In this document: positions 40,570 through 49,991 of the stretch, in pieces
How the letters are laid out: each line of letters opens with the position of its first letter
Numbering within the stretch: the first letter of the stretch is position 1
Origin: Candidatus Cloacimonadales bacterium
GTDB taxonomy: Bacteria; Cloacimonadota; Cloacimonadia; Cloacimonadales; JAIOQZ01
DNA length: 64,000 nucleotides
Assembly (NCBI GenBank): GCA_963662655.2
Contig: CAXXTU010000001.1
Coordinates: 72,083 to 136,082, forward strand
Direction of reading: 5' to 3'
Position numbers and translations under genes: made by a program
Notes under the pieces: model-generated
The model's input: the letters and a program-made list of their open reading frames with translations, nothing else
The model's database searches: none
Told to the model about the DNA's origin: nothing

Positions 40570-41390
40570 TGTTCCATCCCCATTTCCACATGCACTGTGT
40601 AGCTGAAAAGATTGTTATTGTAATTACGTTGAACATGCAGCCGGTTGAGCGTCAAACCATCCAACTGCACAACCGTCTCTATTGCTGTGGCCTGATGTGT
40701 CTTGCTATAATCATCGGTGACTTCGTACTCCTTGAGGGCCTCCACTTTCTTCAGCTTGTACCGGGCAAGCTGCAAACGCGCGTCAATCAACGCCTCCTCG
40801 TAAGCCCTTATCAAGTCCTGGTCTCTGTACGTTGCAACGGACGAGACGTACCCGTCCATTTCTTCCACGGCAAGCCGGTCGATCCATTCTGGCTCGGTGT
40901 GAGGTTCAAACGTGACGATTGTTGTATCCACATCCGTTGAAAGGTCGGAGAATAGACAGATGTGGTAACAATCCAGATCGAAATCCTCCACACAGCGTAA
41001 TGCGTCAAAGAGCTTGCGTGCGTTGGGCGAGGAGCTTACATTGACCTCGAACTGCGCCTTCGAATCCTGCTCGATGTAATCTGAACGATCCGAGATAAGA
41101 ATATCCTTTTTCACGTTGTACGAACTCCGGTTACGCGAAAGGATCACAGCCGCCTGATTCTTCGCGCTTGTTTCAGCGCTGTCAGGATTCATATCGCAAT
41201 AGGATATGCCAATTACGTGATGAGCCGTGGCCGGCGGATTCAGAAACCAACTCGGTAAAGAGAGTTCAGGATTGGCGACTTCAATCTTCTGCTGATCACG
41301 AGCTGCCGGGACATAACTTTTGGGAGTACTGCTGCATCCACCGATCATGAGAGTTACTGAGACAAGAATCAGAATGATACGTCTCATCAT
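40566..41390 (-). CDS. Lipoprotein (LPP20-like)
   Basis: Lipobox-like 'IGGC'; 'PSWF' and 'PEWI' repeats; overlaps both neighbours. Confidence 0.6.
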   Translation of the reverse strand: MMRRIILILVSVTLMIGGCSSTPKSYVPAARDQQKIEVANPELSLPSWFLNPPATAHHVIGISYCDMNPDSAETSAKNQAAVILSRNRSSYNVKKDILISDRSDYIEQDSKAQFEVNVSSSPNARKLFDALRCVEDFDLDCYHICLFSDLSTDVDTTIVTFEPHTEPEWIDRLAVEEMDGYVSSVATYRDQDLIRAYEEALIDARLQLARYKLKKVEALKEYEVTDDYSKTHQATAIETVVQLDGLTLNRLHVQRNYNNNLFSYTVHVEMGMEQ

Positions 41391-43246
41391 GATTCATCCT
41401 TTTTGTATCGTTGTTTTCTGATATAGACCATTAACGCCGTTACGTCCGTGCGATTTACGCCCGATATCCTCGCGGCCTGCCCAAGCGAACGCGGCTTTTT
41501 CTTTCTCAGCTTTTCGCGCGCTTCCCAAGCGACGGTCTCGATCGACATATAGTCGATGCCTTCCGGCAAAAGCTGCTCTTCCATCTCTTCGAATCTGCGA
41601 ATATCCTGCAACTGTCTCTGAAGATAACCCTCGTATTTGCATTCGATGGATATCCTCTCCTTGATCGCGCGCGTTACATCCGCCGGAATTTGATAACCGA
41701 ATCGGGTCAGGTCGTCAAACTCGATCTCGGGACGCTTGAGAATATTGTAAAATTTCACAGGTTCTTTGAGGAAATCCGTGACCGTTGTGTTCTTCGTTTT
41801 CAGAATATCAAGTTCGCGCTCCTTGATCTTCAGGGTCTCAAGATACCTCTGCCAGCGTACGTCTTCCACGAGTCCAAGCTTGTACCCCAGAGGCATCAAA
41901 CGCTCGTCCGCGTTGTCCTGGCGAAGGAAGAGGCGGTATTCCGCTCGCGATGTAAAGAGGCGGTAGGGTTCTTCCGTTCCGCGAGTTACGAGGTCGTCAA
42001 TCAGCACGCCAATATACGATTTTGAGCGATCGAAGATAACGGGATCCTTGCGATCGAGGGTGAGAACCGCGTTGATCGCGGCGACCAAACCTTGTGCTGC
42101 GGCCTCTTCATAGCCGGAAGTTCCATTTATCTGCCCGGCGAGGTACAGGCCCTCGATGGTTCGCGTCTCGAGCGTCGAAGTGATTTCAGAAGGAATCACG
42201 ATATCGTATTCGATGGCGTAGGCATAGCGGATCACTTTCGCGTTTTCGAGTCCTTCCACCGTTGCCAGCGCTTCTTTCTGGATTTGGGGCGGTAAACTGT
42301 TGGATATGCCGTTGACATACGCTTCGTGCGTGTGTTCGCCCTCCGGTTCGATGAAAAGCTGGTGCCTTGGTTTGTCGCGGAATTTCACGATTTTATCTTC
42401 CACCGACGGGCAGTACCGCGGCCCCACGCCGCTGATGTTCCCACCATAGAGCGAGGAACGCTTCAGGTTCTCTTCGATGATACGGTGCGTTTGTTCGTTG
42501 GTGTACGTAAGCCAGCAACTAACCTTGTTGTGCAGCGGGATATCGCGGTAGAAAGTAAACCCCTCCGGATCCGGGTCGCCTGGTTGTTCCTCGAGTCTGG
42601 ACAGGTCAACCGTACGCAAATCGACTCTCGGCGGCGTTCCGGTCTTGAAACGGGCCGTCTGCAAACCGAGTTTCTCGAGCGAACCTGTCAGGACGTTCGC
42701 TGCCGGTTCACCCGAGCGGCCTCCGCTGAAATTCACGTCTCCAACATGGATCGTTCCGCGCAAAAAGGTACCGGTTGCAACGATTACTCGTGGTGCGAAA
42801 TAGTCCTCGCCCAGATGCGATCGCACGCCAACAACTTTCTTCCCGGAGCTATCGACAAGAATTTCGTCGATGATCGATTCCTTGATGTCCAATCCCGGCT
42901 GGTTCTCCAGGCTCATCCGCATTTCGATGGAGTACTGCAATCGATCGTTCTGCGAGCGCGGCGCCCAAACCGCCGGTCCCTTCTTCCGATTCAGCATTCT
43001 GAACTGGATGCCTGTCATATCACCGATTTTGCCGATCTCACCGCCCAAAGCGTCCAACTCGCGCGCCAAATGACCTTTCGCCGGTCCACCCAGCGAAGGA
43101 TTGCAAGACATCCGACCGATGCTTTCGAATTTTACAACGAAAACGAGCGTCGAAGCACCCATCCTCGCCGAAGCGAGCGCTGCCTCGCAGCCGGCGTGAC
43201 CCGCGCCAATCACTATTACATCGTATTTTCTGTTATTCACTGCCAT
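41387..43246 (-). CDS. mnmG: tRNA uridine-5-carboxymethylaminomethyl modification enzyme MnmG/GidA
   Basis: 'GAGHAGCEAA', 'MSCNPSLGG', 'FKTGTPPR', 'GPRYCPSVEDK', 'AGQINGTSGYEEAAAQG', 'FTSRAEYRL'. Confidence 0.98.
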   Translation of the reverse strand: MAVNNRKYDVIVIGAGHAGCEAALASARMGASTLVFVVKFESIGRMSCNPSLGGPAKGHLARELDALGGEIGKIGDMTGIQFRMLNRKKGPAVWAPRSQNDRLQYSIEMRMSLENQPGLDIKESIIDEILVDSSGKKVVGVRSHLGEDYFAPRVIVATGTFLRGTIHVGDVNFSGGRSGEPAANVLTGSLEKLGLQTARFKTGTPPRVDLRTVDLSRLEEQPGDPDPEGFTFYRDIPLHNKVSCWLTYTNEQTHRIIEENLKRSSLYGGNISGVGPRYCPSVEDKIVKFRDKPRHQLFIEPEGEHTHEAYVNGISNSLPPQIQKEALATVEGLENAKVIRYAYAIEYDIVIPSEITSTLETRTIEGLYLAGQINGTSGYEEAAAQGLVAAINAVLTLDRKDPVIFDRSKSYIGVLIDDLVTRGTEEPYRLFTSRAEYRLFLRQDNADERLMPLGYKLGLVEDVRWQRYLETLKIKERELDILKTKNTTVTDFLKEPVKFYNILKRPEIEFDDLTRFGYQIPADVTRAIKERISIECKYEGYLQRQLQDIRRFEEMEEQLLPEGIDYMSIETVAWEAREKLRKKKPRSLGQAARISGVNRTDVTALMVYIRKQRYKKDES

Positions 43247-43352
43247 TTGTTCCTCAAGAATTTTAGGTTCTCCTTCTGTGCATTATTGTCAACAGAATTC
43301 GCTTTCGTCATGCGATCGGGCCCCGTGCTTCAAAGTCGTTCAGCGTACTCCC

Positions 43353-43464
43353 GCGCGGCGGCGGCGTTGGACGCCAAAGGCGTCCTCGAAAGTTCCCGAT
43401 GTTGCTTTGCCCTGAGCAACATCGGGAACCTTCGGTGCGCGAAGCGCACACGCCGCCGCCGCGC
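43353..43464 (+). repeat. Family A four-way-junction palindromic element, copy A2
   Basis: Perfect 15-bp outer stem GCGCGGCGGCGGCGT/ACGCCGCCGCCGCGC encloses GGACGCC-AAA-GGCGTCC, a long stem GTTCCCGATGTTGCT/AGCAACATCGGGAAC and GTGCGC-GAA-GCGCAC. Confidence 0.8.
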
Positions 43465-43517
43465 TGAGCGGGGCACAAACTCCGCAACCTGCACCTCGTG
43501 GATCAAGCAGGCCCAAT

Positions 43518-43545
43518 AATGAACTCGTTCATTTTTATCTTGACA
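43518..43545 (+). promoter_or_regulatory. Candidate TetR operator and -35 box
   Basis: Palindrome AATGAAC-TC-GTTCATT (43518-43533) next to TTGACA (43540-43545), upstream of the TetR gene. Confidence 0.45.
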
Positions 43546-43591
43546 AGATGGAATCCGCCTGCTCATCTTGTCGACAGATAAAGGAGATTCG

Positions 43592-44191
43592 ATGCAAACG
43601 AAGAAGACCGAGCTTGAAGAGAAGATACTGAATGCAGCTCGCAGAGCTTTCCTGAGTGATGGCTACGACAAGAGCAGCCTGCGCAGGATAGCGAAGGAAG
43701 TTGGGATCACGGTCGGCAACCTTTACCACTATTTCAAGAACAAGGACGACCTCTACATGACCGTTTTTCTCGAGTTCAACGAGAAACGCCTGGAGTGGGT
43801 CTTCGAGAAGATAAGTCACGGCAGGGATCCCATCGAGCAGCTCCGTTTGTACGGCAAGGCGCAGCTCGAATACATACGCGAGCACCCCGACGAATTCCGT
43901 CTCGCGATGCAGTACGACCACCACGGCATTAACGAGGATGCGCTTTCCGAGGAGGTCGACGCGGCCTTCGAGCGCCAGAAAAAGCCCTATATTAGTCGAT
44001 TCAAATCTATATTCGACGAGGGAAAAAAGCTCGGACAAATCCGCACGGATTACAGCACCGACATGCTGATTCAGTGGGTCAGCATGACACTGCGCCTGAT
44101 CCTCAACGAAGTCGTAGTCCTGGGATATTTCGACGACTCGTTCTACCAGAGCTATGTCAATTTCCTCATCGACGCAATCCAGCCACGCTAA
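43592..44191 (+). CDS. TetR/AcrR family transcriptional regulator
   Basis: HTH 'SLRRIAKEVGITVGNLYHYFKNKDDL'; ATG 43592 after AAGGAG. Confidence 0.92.
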   Translation: MQTKKTELEEKILNAARRAFLSDGYDKSSLRRIAKEVGITVGNLYHYFKNKDDLYMTVFLEFNEKRLEWVFEKISHGRDPIEQLRLYGKAQLEYIREHPDEFRLAMQYDHHGINEDALSEEVDAAFERQKKPYISRFKSIFDEGKKLGQIRTDYSTDMLIQWVSMTLRLILNEVVVLGYFDDSFYQSYVNFLIDAIQPR

Positions 44192-44204
44192 GTAAGGAGG
44201 CACT

Positions 44205-45299
44205 ATGAAAGTTGCTATGATTATATTCATGGGGGTGATTTGTATGTCCCTTTTCGCTCAAAGTTTACTGAACGGTCCGGAAGGTGTTACGTGGGACCCG
44301 ATCGGCTATCGCTACTTCGTCGCAAACTACAGCAGTAACAATATCATCGCGATCGACCTCGAAGGTAACGAGACGGTTTATGCAGAAGGCACGACCCAAC
44401 CCCTCGGCGTTCTTGTCCATGAAAGAATGCTCTACGTTACGGGAAACAATCCGCCGACTTTGTACGGTTACAGCTTGGACACCGACTTCCTCATGCTCGA
44501 GATGGGAATCGATAACTGCCTTGCATGCGCCGAGTTATGCGCTGACGATTCAGGGAACCTGTACATCGCGGATCAGGGTGGAAAAATCCACAAGATCGAT
44601 CTGGCAGCCGGCGAGAGTGAAGTATGGATCAGCGGAGGAATGCCATCCGGCCCCCAGGGCGTAGCTTATGATCCCGCAGGCGAGAGATTGATCGTCGCGT
44701 GCTACGGAAGCGGCCCCATCAAGGCGTTCGATATCAATACGCAGGAAGCTGAAAATCTGATTTCCTCGGCACCAGGACAATTTATCCAAATCTGTATGGA
44801 CTCCGCCGGAAAAGTCTACCTCTCATGCTGGAACGGCAATCGCGTCTATTGGTTTCAGCCCGGCGTGGTTGATGAACTTCACATCATCACGGGACTGGTA
44901 ACCCGTCCCAGCGGCCTGTACGCCAATGAATCCACCGGCCAGCTCGCGGTCGCATCCTTCGCGTCCAGCAACATGAACTACTTCCCTCTCTCGATGGACG
45001 CCTCGCAGAGCGATACCCCGGAGTTGAACACGTTGATAACCGTCTCTCCCAATCCCTTCAACCCGGAAACGACGATCACCTACAACATCCCCGTGTCGTC
45101 CAGCGTCTCAATGAACGTCTACAACGCGCGGGGACAACGCATCACAACGCTGGTCGATCAAAACATGGAAGCAGGTACGTATAAAGTAGTCTGGAACGGC
45201 ACCGACAACGTCGGGAAAGCAGTTTCATCCGGCGTGTATTTGCTTGTGCTAAAGTATCAAGGAAAAGAATTGAGCAGGAAAATGGTCCTCATGAAATAG
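44205..45299 (+). CDS. Secreted beta-propeller (SMP-30/NHL-like) protein with FlgD-Ig/T9SS-like C-terminal domain
   Basis: Signal peptide; 'PEGVTWD', 'GNLYIAD', 'PQGVAYD'; tail 'PNPFNPETTI...SSGVY...RKMVLMK'. Confidence 0.8.
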   Translation: MKVAMIIFMGVICMSLFAQSLLNGPEGVTWDPIGYRYFVANYSSNNIIAIDLEGNETVYAEGTTQPLGVLVHERMLYVTGNNPPTLYGYSLDTDFLMLEMGIDNCLACAELCADDSGNLYIADQGGKIHKIDLAAGESEVWISGGMPSGPQGVAYDPAGERLIVACYGSGPIKAFDINTQEAENLISSAPGQFIQICMDSAGKVYLSCWNGNRVYWFQPGVVDELHIITGLVTRPSGLYANESTGQLAVASFASSNMNYFPLSMDASQSDTPELNTLITVSPNPFNPETTITYNIPVSSSVSMNVYNARGQRITTLVDQNMEAGTYKVVWNGTDNVGKAVSSGVYLLVLKYQGKELSRKMVLMK

Positions 45300-45337
45300 T
45301 GATTTGTGCGGTCTCATCCAATGGAGATCGTTGCGTG

Positions 45338-47548
45338 TCACAATCCTCGATTCAATCCTGAGTGCATGTAGAAACCATTTTTCAGCGGAAAATCCCGTTT
45401 CATCGAAGGGAGCAGGTGATGGAACGAGAACGGCTCTGAAATCGGTTCTACATGCGCTTTTTCAGAAAGCCCCGCTCGATGCTTCGCATAGCGTATTGCA
45501 TCCTCGATCCCACCGATCTCATCCGCCAGGCCACGCGTGAGGACATCGCTTCCCACAAGCAAATAGCCTTCCCCAAGCCGATTCACCTCAATCATGGGTA
45601 TATCCCGCGCGGAAGAGATTCGCGTCAGAAGCTGACGGTAATACACGCTAGCCATATTCTGATACTCCGAGCCATTCGCCTCGGTCGCGTAGATCATCTC
45701 GCTTCTTAGGCCCAGCTTCGAAAACAATCCTCCGGCGTCGAACCGGTATGCCGTTACGCCGAATCCACCTGAAACCGTGTAGCGGTCCACAAAAATACGT
45801 TCCGCGGGAAGCGCTAGATAATACGCCCCCGAAGCACAGATACCCGAGCAGGAGATTACCACCGGTTTGCGCCGGTTGATCTCGCGGATTCTGTTCCAAA
45901 GCGAGGAAACGGCAGCCACATCACCCCCGCCGCTATCGATACGCAATACGATAGCCTTATAGATAGAACCATTCTCCGCCCTCTCGAGTTGGCGCATGAT
46001 GCGATCGAGACCGGCGATTTTCCCGCCGAACATCGGCAGCGGCAGAATGCAGTCCCGGTCTTCACCCGGCATAATGTTACCCTGTATGTCGATCAATGCG
46101 ATCCGGGATTCCACCGCCCAATCCCGCTGCATCGAGACCATTCCTTCAAGAGACTCGATCCGCGGCTCTGGAAATCGTTTGGACGGCTTCAGGAAGTTCT
46201 CGGCATTCCCGATGTATCCTTCCTCATCGATCAATCCCGCTTCAAGCGCCTGACTCGCCGTCATCGGAGAAGGCAAGGCGGTTATATCTTGCGTAATGCT
46301 CCGCGATTCCTTGATCGCTCTTTTAACGTCGTCAATCGCCTGACGCCGCAACGCCAGTACCTGCTCTTTGAGGTCTCCGGGCAATTCGCTTTCCTTGTAA
46401 GCATCGGATCCGCGGAATTTCTCTCCTACTTGCCAGCTCTCCACGTCGATATCGAGCTCATCGAGTAGTCCACTCCATTGAAGGAGCGTCTGCCCGGTAT
46501 CGCTCAGGTCGACACAAGCTGCCGGAGAAGCCACGATGTAATCCGCTGCGGAAGCGAGATAGAGGCTTTTCAGATCGGCGTAATCGAGGTAGCAGGCAAC
46601 CTTTCCGTGCTTGCGGAACCGCATCAATTCATTCCTGATTTCCTCAAGCTGCGCGAACGACGCATCCGGCTGTTGAACGTGCAGCAGAATGTTTCGCACT
46701 TTGGGATTCGCTTCTGCCTCTCGGATTTTTTCCAGTATCCGGAAATCGCCCTTTTGCCTTTCCATGAAAGAGAATCCCGAATCGTCCGTTGTGAAACCGT
46801 TTCCGACTTTTATGATCTCCATACGGTTTCCCGGCGTAAACAGACTCTGCCAGTCAACTGCCGACCACGTGACAATTTGCCTCGTGTTGTAGCTGTCGCT
46901 CTCTTTCCCCTGAGAGAGATAGCCCACGGACAAGTGATCGAGACCGATGCGCAGCATGATCTGCCAGTTTTCGTCCTGGTCGTAATTCGCATCGAATTCC
47001 AGACCATTAAAGGGGCGTAGCACCGCCCCCATGAAATAGTAATCCCGGCTGTACTCCTCATCCGAGTAGTTCCAGAAGATTTCCTGCTCCGCGTACAGCG
47101 TCAGGTAATCGCGATACGGACGAACGGCCAGCCCCAGATTCATATCGGGTTTCTCATGGGCGAAATCGTAAACCGTCCAGCCCAGCGAGATTTGGTTGAA
47201 CGGACGATACAATGCGCCGAAATCAAGTAGCGTGTCGTCCGCCTTGCGCATCAGGATGCCGGTGTGGAGGTTGCGTAATGGAGAAATAGCCCCGCCAAGG
47301 TAATATCGCTCGTTGTCGAAGTCGTACGAATAGGCAAAATAACGCGGGAAACGGAAGGTCAGCATTTGTTCGCGGTTATCGTTGTAATCGAACAGGTAGG
47401 ATACACCGCAATCCCGATCTCCCGATAGAAAAGCGGGATTGTATAAATATGATTCCATTCCGGTGAAGACCGAATTGGAGTAATTCAACGCATTGGATAA
47501 ACTTATCATTGACAAAAGCGCAAAAAGGAGCAATATCCTTGTTTTCAT
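45338..47548 (-). CDS. sppA: S49 family (SppA-like) peptidase with an extra N-terminal beta-rich domain
   Basis: Two S49 repeats: 'LYLASAAD', 'AIVLRIDSGGG', 'KPVVIS', 'CASGAYYLA', 'GLADEIGG'. Confidence 0.75.
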   Translation of the reverse strand: MKTRILLLFALLSMISLSNALNYSNSVFTGMESYLYNPAFLSGDRDCGVSYLFDYNDNREQMLTFRFPRYFAYSYDFDNERYYLGGAISPLRNLHTGILMRKADDTLLDFGALYRPFNQISLGWTVYDFAHEKPDMNLGLAVRPYRDYLTLYAEQEIFWNYSDEEYSRDYYFMGAVLRPFNGLEFDANYDQDENWQIMLRIGLDHLSVGYLSQGKESDSYNTRQIVTWSAVDWQSLFTPGNRMEIIKVGNGFTTDDSGFSFMERQKGDFRILEKIREAEANPKVRNILLHVQQPDASFAQLEEIRNELMRFRKHGKVACYLDYADLKSLYLASAADYIVASPAACVDLSDTGQTLLQWSGLLDELDIDVESWQVGEKFRGSDAYKESELPGDLKEQVLALRRQAIDDVKRAIKESRSITQDITALPSPMTASQALEAGLIDEEGYIGNAENFLKPSKRFPEPRIESLEGMVSMQRDWAVESRIALIDIQGNIMPGEDRDCILPLPMFGGKIAGLDRIMRQLERAENGSIYKAIVLRIDSGGGDVAAVSSLWNRIREINRRKPVVISCSGICASGAYYLALPAERIFVDRYTVSGGFGVTAYRFDAGGLFSKLGLRSEMIYATEANGSEYQNMASVYYRQLLTRISSARDIPMIEVNRLGEGYLLVGSDVLTRGLADEIGGIEDAIRYAKHRAGLSEKAHVEPISEPFSFHHLLPSMKRDFPLKNGFYMHSGLNRGL

Positions 47549-47632
47549 ACAATCCTCAAACCGGTTTATTATTCTGCTTTCATAAGTAATGGAAAGAGCC
47601 TGAAACTGTCAAGCGTTCTGATTACAACCTTT

Positions 47633-48829
47633 TTACAGCACAATCAACGCAACGACGAACACGAGAGCGATTGTGATCACGCCCGGAGCCCACACGCGCA
47701 TCAGGAACGACTTCAGGCTGGTTCCGAAAAACTCCAGCGTCACCAATATACAGGGATGCAGGGGTGAAATCACGTAACCCATGAAGACCGACATATACAT
47801 CAGGGTGAACGCCATATAGCCGATCTCACCGAATTTGGCGTAATAGAGAGGCAGCAGAATCGACATCCCCAACTGCGTGCGTGCCGTGATGAATCCCACA
47901 AGCGCTCCGATCCCCACTACGAGGACCGCAGGAGATACGTCGAACGCGGCAATCACATCGGGTATGCCGGCCGTCTTGAACGTATTGAGAAACAAGAAGA
48001 TCGCCAGCATCAGGAGATAGAAATTCCAGGGCTTCATCTTCCGTGCCGATTTGAAGAAATCGGGTCTGGACAGTCTCCCGGCTACGATTGCCAGGATCAA
48101 CGAGAGGCTTACGCCGATGAGCAGGAACAGCTCGTCCATCACGCCCGGGAAAATGTGGCTCAGCACAAATTGCGTGACAGGCGCCGCCAGAATGATCCCG
48201 ATCGGAACCAGCACCTTTACGATGTCTCGTTTCCCCTGTATCATCAGCCGACCCTTGACTTTACGCAAGAAGAAGAAGTAGCCCAGAACGGTTATCAGCA
48301 GAGCGCCGGGTATGAGATAGACCATTGCGGTGAACATGCTCAGGTGCGCGTCCTGAATCGTGGAAACCATTTTCGTCGTCGGCAACAGCGCAGCCAGGGG
48401 ATAGATGAATGTCAGTACATGACGGAACCACACGTTGATAACCGCGTAATCGCGGTCGCTTATATCGTCTCCGGCGCGGAACACCAGCGGCGCGGATAGA
48501 AGCGCGCCGCCCGGAACGGGAAGAAGTCCCAGGAAAGCCGGAGCCGACATCAGATACGCGTCCCGGCGCATATTGAGATTGCTCACCATGCCGGTCAGCA
48601 TTCCCGACGCTTGCAACACACCACCGATGATGGGAATAATCCCCACGGCAACCGCCATGAACTGCAACGATGGATCGCCAATCGTTTGCAGAATCAAATG
48701 CAGAAACGCCAGCGGCTTCAACAGGATGAATCCGATCACCGCGCAGGCCGAAAGCAGCGCTATCCAAATGCTCTTTCTTGCCAGCGAGAACAGAACGATC
48801 AGAGCTATCCCGAGCGTGATCCACTTCAT
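47633..48829 (-). CDS. DUF401 family membrane protein
   Basis: 'GLLPVPGGALLSAP', 'NVWFRH', 'ISPLHPCI'. Start placed at the TGATG overlap with the yjbQ stop (48835 also possible). Confidence 0.8.
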   Translation of the reverse strand: MKWITLGIALIVLFSLARKSIWIALLSACAVIGFILLKPLAFLHLILQTIGDPSLQFMAVAVGIIPIIGGVLQASGMLTGMVSNLNMRRDAYLMSAPAFLGLLPVPGGALLSAPLVFRAGDDISDRDYAVINVWFRHVLTFIYPLAALLPTTKMVSTIQDAHLSMFTAMVYLIPGALLITVLGYFFFLRKVKGRLMIQGKRDIVKVLVPIGIILAAPVTQFVLSHIFPGVMDELFLLIGVSLSLILAIVAGRLSRPDFFKSARKMKPWNFYLLMLAIFLFLNTFKTAGIPDVIAAFDVSPAVLVVGIGALVGFITARTQLGMSILLPLYYAKFGEIGYMAFTLMYMSVFMGYVISPLHPCILVTLEFFGTSLKSFLMRVWAPGVITIALVFVVALIVL

Positions 48830-49230
48830 CAGCATTCGGATATCCCCAGGATACACTTGCGGTTGCGCGGTCCGTCGAACTCGCAGAACCAGACACCCTG
48901 CCAGGTCCCCAGAACTGCCTCGCCATCCTTCACCAGGATATCTTGCGAGCACCCGAAGAGGCTGCTCTTGATGTGGGCGTCGGAGTTGCCTTCCATGTGA
49001 TGGAATCCGCTGCTCTGCGGGATCAGCTTCGTTAGGAACATCAGGATATCCCGCGGGACATCCGGATCGGCGTTTTCGTTGATGGTCACAGCCGCGGTTG
49101 TGTGTGGCACATGGACGGTCATACGCCCGTTCACGATACCGGATTCTCTTACAAACTGAATCACTTCGCGAGTGATATCCACCATCTGGTTACGCTGCGC
49201 CGTGCGGACTGCTATCGTCTTGTACTGCAT
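48829..49230 (-). CDS. yjbQ: YjbQ (UPF0047) family protein
   Basis: 'PHTTAAVTINENADPDV', 'EGNSDAHIK', 'LGTWQG...EFDGPR'. Confidence 0.92.
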   Translation of the reverse strand: MQYKTIAVRTAQRNQMVDITREVIQFVRESGIVNGRMTVHVPHTTAAVTINENADPDVPRDILMFLTKLIPQSSGFHHMEGNSDAHIKSSLFGCSQDILVKDGEAVLGTWQGVWFCEFDGPRNRKCILGISEC

Positions 49231-49310
49231 AAGGTTCTCCTTTGACTGTGAAGGCTGGTTTCACGGGCGTGGATGTCAATGAAAATGTGTGTATGCATTC
49301 ATCGGTTCGA

Positions 49311-49438
49311 GACGTTAGCAGATTCGTTCGATCCCCGCCTGCACAGGGTGTTCCACAGCCTTGTCGCCTTACATTAGTCCATTCTCAAGGGTGTGGTATA
49401 TCCCTGTGCAGGCGGGGATCGGGCGAAGATGCCACGTC
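49311..49438 (+). repeat. Family H long-hairpin element, copy H3
   Basis: GCAGATTCGTTCGATCCCCGCCTGCACAGGG...CCCTGTGCAGGCGGGGATCGGGCGAAGATGC; boxes conserved while the connecting stem is replaced. Confidence 0.85.
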
Positions 49439-49447
49439 GTTAGCGCA

Positions 49448-49960
49448 TTACACTTCCACCCAATACTGCCGGAACAGCTTACCTTCATACGTGGAAGTGG
49501 TATACTCCTTCCCGCCGTTGTTCTCGATCGTCTTCGCCGAACCGATATTGTCGTCGTGGCAAGTGATCAGAACACTTTCGTATCCCTTGTTCCGGGCAAT
49601 CGCCAGCATGTGGCGTAGCATGAGCGTCGCGTAACCCTTCCTGCGCTCGGTAGGACGTACTCCGTAACCGATATGTCCGCCGAAATGCTCCAGAAAATCA
49701 TTGAGCTCATGCCGAAATTGGATCGCGCCACAAATACGCCCCCGGGCATCGACCAGGTAGTACAACGTTGCGGGAACCAGTCCCGGCTCGCACGTTTCCC
49801 ACGATGAAGCCAATTCCCAATATTCCTTAAGCTCCTCGTACGTGAGCTTCCCATTGATGATCGCCGAAGGAGATACCGGTTCGCCCGATGCGAGAATCTC
49901 CTCGATGTATTCATAGTAAGCTTCTCTCGTAATTCCATCAAATCTAACAAGTCGCATCAT
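49448..49960 (-). CDS. GNAT family acetyltransferase
   Basis: 'FRHELNDFL...GGHIGYGVRPTERRKGYAT', 'NIGSAKTIENNGG'; ATG 49960 after AAGGAG. Confidence 0.9.
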   Translation of the reverse strand: MMRLVRFDGITREAYYEYIEEILASGEPVSPSAIINGKLTYEELKEYWELASSWETCEPGLVPATLYYLVDARGRICGAIQFRHELNDFLEHFGGHIGYGVRPTERRKGYATLMLRHMLAIARNKGYESVLITCHDDNIGSAKTIENNGGKEYTTSTYEGKLFRQYWVEV

Positions 49961-49991
49961 AACTCCTTCATCGTTTCGAGACGTTAGCGCT

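Noticed and set aside
49311..49444. Canonical integron attC site
   Set aside because: GTTAGC occurs twice in direct orientation with no complementary RYYYAAC, other H copies lack it, and no intI is present. Kept only as an analogy.
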